From Cytophaga sp. (GTDB lineage Bacteria > Bacteroidota > Bacteroidia > Cytophagales > Cytophagaceae): 18,241 bases of DNA. The stretch lies in the NCBI GenBank assembly GCA_043729555.1, contig JAYTLG010000280.1, forward strand, positions 1 through 18,241. Direction: 5' to 3'. Below the pieces are notes generated by a model that saw nothing but the letters and a program-made list of their open reading frames with translations, was not told the origin of the DNA and made no database searches. Both the position numbers and the translations under genes were made by a program. This document shows, piece by piece, positions 15,768-18,241 of this stretch. Each line of letters starts with the position of its first letter. Positions within the stretch are counted from its first letter, which is position 1.

Positions 15768-16964
15768 CTAAGTACTTTCGTCAAACATAATTTCGTCTGA
15801 ACTACCCACTTTATATAATGGTTTCTCAATGGGTAATGTAAAATAAAAAGAAGAACCCTCGCCTTCAATACTTTCTACCCATATTTCACCACCATTTTTT
15901 TCTAAAAATCCTTTAACCAATAATAACCCAATTCCAGCACCCTTATCCTTTTTTCTTGCTTCTGAAAGGGCTTTCATTTGTGGTGTAAAAAGTTTAGCCA
16001 TTATTTCTTTCGACATTCCAATTCCAGTGTCCTTAACCTGAATAATAATTTTGTCATCTTTACTTTTTGCTGAAACCGTTACTGCCCCTCCTTTTTCGGT
16101 ATGTTTTATCGCATTTGAAACTATATTTTGTACGATGGAAATTAGCATTTTGCCATCTGCAAATACGGACGTATTTTCTTCGATTTCGTGATGAAGATTT
16201 ATTGTATTTATTGAAGCACTTTCGTTTAATGTTTCGAACACCTTATCAATGTATTCGGTTAACTTAATTTTTGTTGGAGAAAAGGTGTCTGATGCGTATT
16301 TTATTCTTGCCCATTCAACTAAATAATCTAACATATCTAATTCATCAATTGATGATTTATAGAGTAAGTCAAGCATTTCCTGAACAACATCAGGTTTCAT
16401 TTTATGAAAATTTTCTTTCAAATATTTTGCAGTTCCTATGATAGATGATAATGGACTGCGTAAATCGTGTGAAAGTATTGCCATAACACTTTCTTTATGT
16501 GTGTTAAGGTCTTCTAATTCTTTGACATATTTCTTTATAGAATCCTCCGATTGTTTCCTGTATGTTAAGTCCTGTAAAATTTTAACATATCCTATCATCA
16601 CTCCATCTATACTAACGAGTGGAAACACCAACCCAAAAGCATAAAACAAGCTCTTGTCTTTAGCGATATGCCATCTATTATCTGTTGCTCTTCCTTCTTT
16701 TAAAGCTGTTTCAATTTCTTTTTTCGGGACACCATTTTTTAAATCTTCATCCGTAAATATTAAATCGAATGGCACTCCAAGAACTTCGTCCACTTCATAA
16801 CCAAATATCTTTGTCGAACCGGCACTCCAACTATTTATATTAAATTCTTTATCTAATGTAAAAATTGAATAATCCTGCAAACTGTCAATTATTTGGCTAT
16901 AAAATTCAGCTGTCGGAAGATATTTATTTTTAAGAATTTTCGGATTGTCTTGTTTGTTTTCCAT
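15768..16964 (-). CDS. PAS-domain sensor histidine kinase (cytoplasmic), 398 aa
   Basis: N-terminal PAS domain (aa 15-135), H-box AILSHDLRSPLSSI, and HATPase_c with NAIKHT, DTGIGM and GAGIGLLLVKG. No TM segments. Stop codon is TAG. Confidence 0.8.
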   Translation of the reverse strand: MENKQDNPKILKNKYLPTAEFYSQIIDSLQDYSIFTLDKEFNINSWSAGSTKIFGYEVDEVLGVPFDLIFTDEDLKNGVPKKEIETALKEGRATDNRWHIAKDKSLFYAFGLVFPLVSIDGVMIGYVKILQDLTYRKQSEDSIKKYVKELEDLNTHKESVMAILSHDLRSPLSSIIGTAKYLKENFHKMKPDVVQEMLDLLYKSSIDELDMLDYLVEWARIKYASDTFSPTKIKLTEYIDKVFETLNESASINTINLHHEIEENTSVFADGKMLISIVQNIVSNAIKHTEKGGAVTVSAKSKDDKIIIQVKDTGIGMSKEIMAKLFTPQMKALSEARKKDKGAGIGLLLVKGFLEKNGGEIWVESIEGEGSSFYFTLPIEKPLYKVGSSDEIMFDEST

Positions 16965-17022
16965 TGGACTTATTTAGTCGTTAGATTGAATTGTTATGTT
17001 ATTGCGTCTACCGCCATTGCAC

Positions 17023-17176
17023 CTAACGGATAGCGTGTTGTGGTCGTTGCAGGTGTTAAAGCTCATCACTTCACTTTAGTAACGAAGTAAGCCATGGGCT
17101 TATCTTTGCGTAGCCAAGCCCATGGCGATTATTGGCTCTGCTGTTTACTCTAGCAGAATACCTGCACTGACAACAA
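17023..17176 (+). repeat. Copy 2 of the repeat family, with extended tail cctgcactgacaacaa
   Basis: 5' box at 17023; hairpin 17091-17126, identical in sequence to the copy-1 hairpin. It fills the spacer between the 52-aa ORF stop (17194) and the PAS-kinase ATG (16964). Confidence 0.7.
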
Positions 17177-17193
17177 TGTTAGGCACAGTGCTT

Positions 17194-17352
17194 TTATTCT
17201 TGAATATCACGGGCTCTAATTCTCACAACCTTGCCATCTTTAGAATACACAAGTTCTCCATCAGATTCTCTTTTGCGCTCAATCAATTTACTGACTGCCA
17301 GTTTTACTCCCAATACAATTTTATCTCTTAATTCTTTGTTCTTACTTTCCAT
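17194..17352 (-). CDS. Unannotated small ORF, 52 aa (MESKNKELRDKIVLGVKLAVSKLIERKRESDGELVYSKDGKVVRIRARDIQE), overlapping the stop of the zeta-toxin-like gene
   Basis: Hand-translated; absent from the supplied ORF track. ATG at 17352..17350 lies inside the last codons of the upstream gene (cttactttccat on the plus strand), giving an 11-nt overlap in the +1 frame. TAA at 17196..17194. The basic N-half plus a beta-hairpin-like C-half is a plausible small DNA-binding or antitoxin-like protein. Confidence 0.4.
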   Translation of the reverse strand: MESKNKELRDKIVLGVKLAVSKLIERKRESDGELVYSKDGKVVRIRARDIQE

Positions 17353-17926
17353 AAGCTGCACTGTTTAAAGTTTCCCAAATCTCTTTATCATAAACTTTAT
17401 TTTCTTCATCTCTACCACCTTCTGATATTAAGTTAGAATGATTTGATGAATTATCAAATATCATCCAATAGTCAACAATTGGAATGAATCGTTTGAATAA
17501 GTTTTCAAGTCCAAGTTTATATCTTCTCTCAATTACCTCTGTGGGAATATTATGACCTCCTTCAGCTACTCGATCTTTAACTCTTTCCTTAGCTAAGTCA
17601 ACAGTGTTTAACCAAAAGTAAATCAATGTCACACTATAACCATATTCTTGAGCCTCTTTCACGGTATTAACATAGCTCTTAGAAGACAATGTCGTCTCAA
17701 AAGCAAAATCCGCTTTTGAAGTTAAAAGTTCATCAATTCTTTTAAGCATTATTCTCCCTGATTGAATAGCTACTTTCTCTGGTTGAAAAGGGGAAAGTCC
17801 TTTTGCAATTTCATCTGCATTAATAAACTCTTTGCAATTAAGTATTTCAGGCAGAACGGTGTATGAAGCCGTTGTCTTTCCAGCACCATTACATCCTGCT
17901 ATAATGTATAAATTTGGCATATTCAC
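17342..17926 (-). CDS. Zeta-toxin-family P-loop kinase (AAA/zeta-toxin domain), 194 aa
   Basis: Walker A IIAGCNGAGKTT near the N-terminus, FINADEIAKG (zeta-type Asp box), and C-terminal AEGGHNIPTEVIERRY matching the zeta-toxin GGHxVPxxvIxxRy signature. Stop codon is TAA. Confidence 0.7.
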   Translation of the reverse strand: MNMPNLYIIAGCNGAGKTTASYTVLPEILNCKEFINADEIAKGLSPFQPEKVAIQSGRIMLKRIDELLTSKADFAFETTLSSKSYVNTVKEAQEYGYSVTLIYFWLNTVDLAKERVKDRVAEGGHNIPTEVIERRYKLGLENLFKRFIPIVDYWMIFDNSSNHSNLISEGGRDEENKVYDKEIWETLNSAAYGK

Positions 17927-17986
17927 CTGATTTTAAGCAAATTTAGTCAAAAAATACGATAAATGCTCTGTCGGCTAACATTGCCC

Positions 17987-18140
17987 CTAACGGATAGCGG
18001 CTTGTGGTCGGTGCAAGTGTTAATGCTTTAATGATTACTTTACTATTGAAGTAAGCCAAGGGCTTATTTTTGCGAAGCCAAGCCCTTGGCGATTAATAAC
18101 AATATAGTTTACTTCACTACGAATCCTGCACTGACTACAA
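17987..18140 (+). repeat. Copy 3 of the repeat family (diverged), with tail cctgcactgactacaa
   Basis: 5' box ctaacggatagcg at 17987. Hairpin 18055-18090 is gccaagggctt...aagcccttggc, i.e. t-to-a and a-to-t changes relative to copies 1 and 2 that preserve the base pair. About 60 bp upstream of the zeta-like ATG at 17926. Confidence 0.65.
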
Positions 18141-18241
18141 ACCGCTGTTGAACTAACACCCTTTGGGTGAACAATCCAACCCAATCTACTAAATTCACGC
18201 TACATTTTAAACTATTAACAATGACTACTATTAAAAAAACA

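Noticed and set aside
17122-17331. 69-aa plus-strand ORF
   Set aside because: It overlaps repeat copy 2 and lies antisense to the coupled 52-aa ORF, which has the better genomic context.

Overview
This is a low-GC window that looks Bacteroidetes-like: CAAAnnTA/TAnnTTTG-type promoter motifs, lipoprotein and SNAQ-type signal peptides, and a CheB/CheR hybrid kinase. It reads as an accessory-type region; almost every gene is on the minus strand. From left to right it contains: (1) a compact three-gene HipB/HipS/HipT-like toxin-antitoxin operon (XRE HTH, then a 106-aa HipA-N-terminal-domain protein, then a HipA-C-terminal kinase carrying an S-I-S Gly-loop) with translational coupling, a terminator, and three phased AGTGC-N8-GCACT operator-like palindromes over its promoter and start codon; (2) a secreted transglutaminase-like protein with a long K/N-rich tail, on the plus strand; (3) a co-directional block of flotillin, a YdeN/RBBP9-type serine hydrolase, a 72-aa internally repeated protein, a VanZ-like membrane protein, a 1527-aa CheB-CheR-coiled-coil-PAS x3-HisKA-HATPase-REC hybrid protein and a lipoprotein; (4) a 200-bp mirror-symmetric array of GGAT/ATCC palindromes; (5) a GAF-sensor histidine kinase split by a single in-frame TAA; (6) an IS200/RAYT-type Y1 transposase gene, also split by an in-frame TAA, flanked by 50-bp GC-rich inverted repeats; (7) a PAS histidine kinase; (8) a zeta-toxin-family P-loop kinase whose stop codon overlaps the start of an unannotated 52-aa ORF; and (9) three copies of a roughly 115-155-bp repeat family with a conserved 11-bp-stem hairpin showing a compensatory base-pair change, each sitting just 5' of a minus-strand gene. 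I found no rRNA, tRNA or CRISPR array. All calls come from reading the sequence and ORF translations by eye; no database searches were run.
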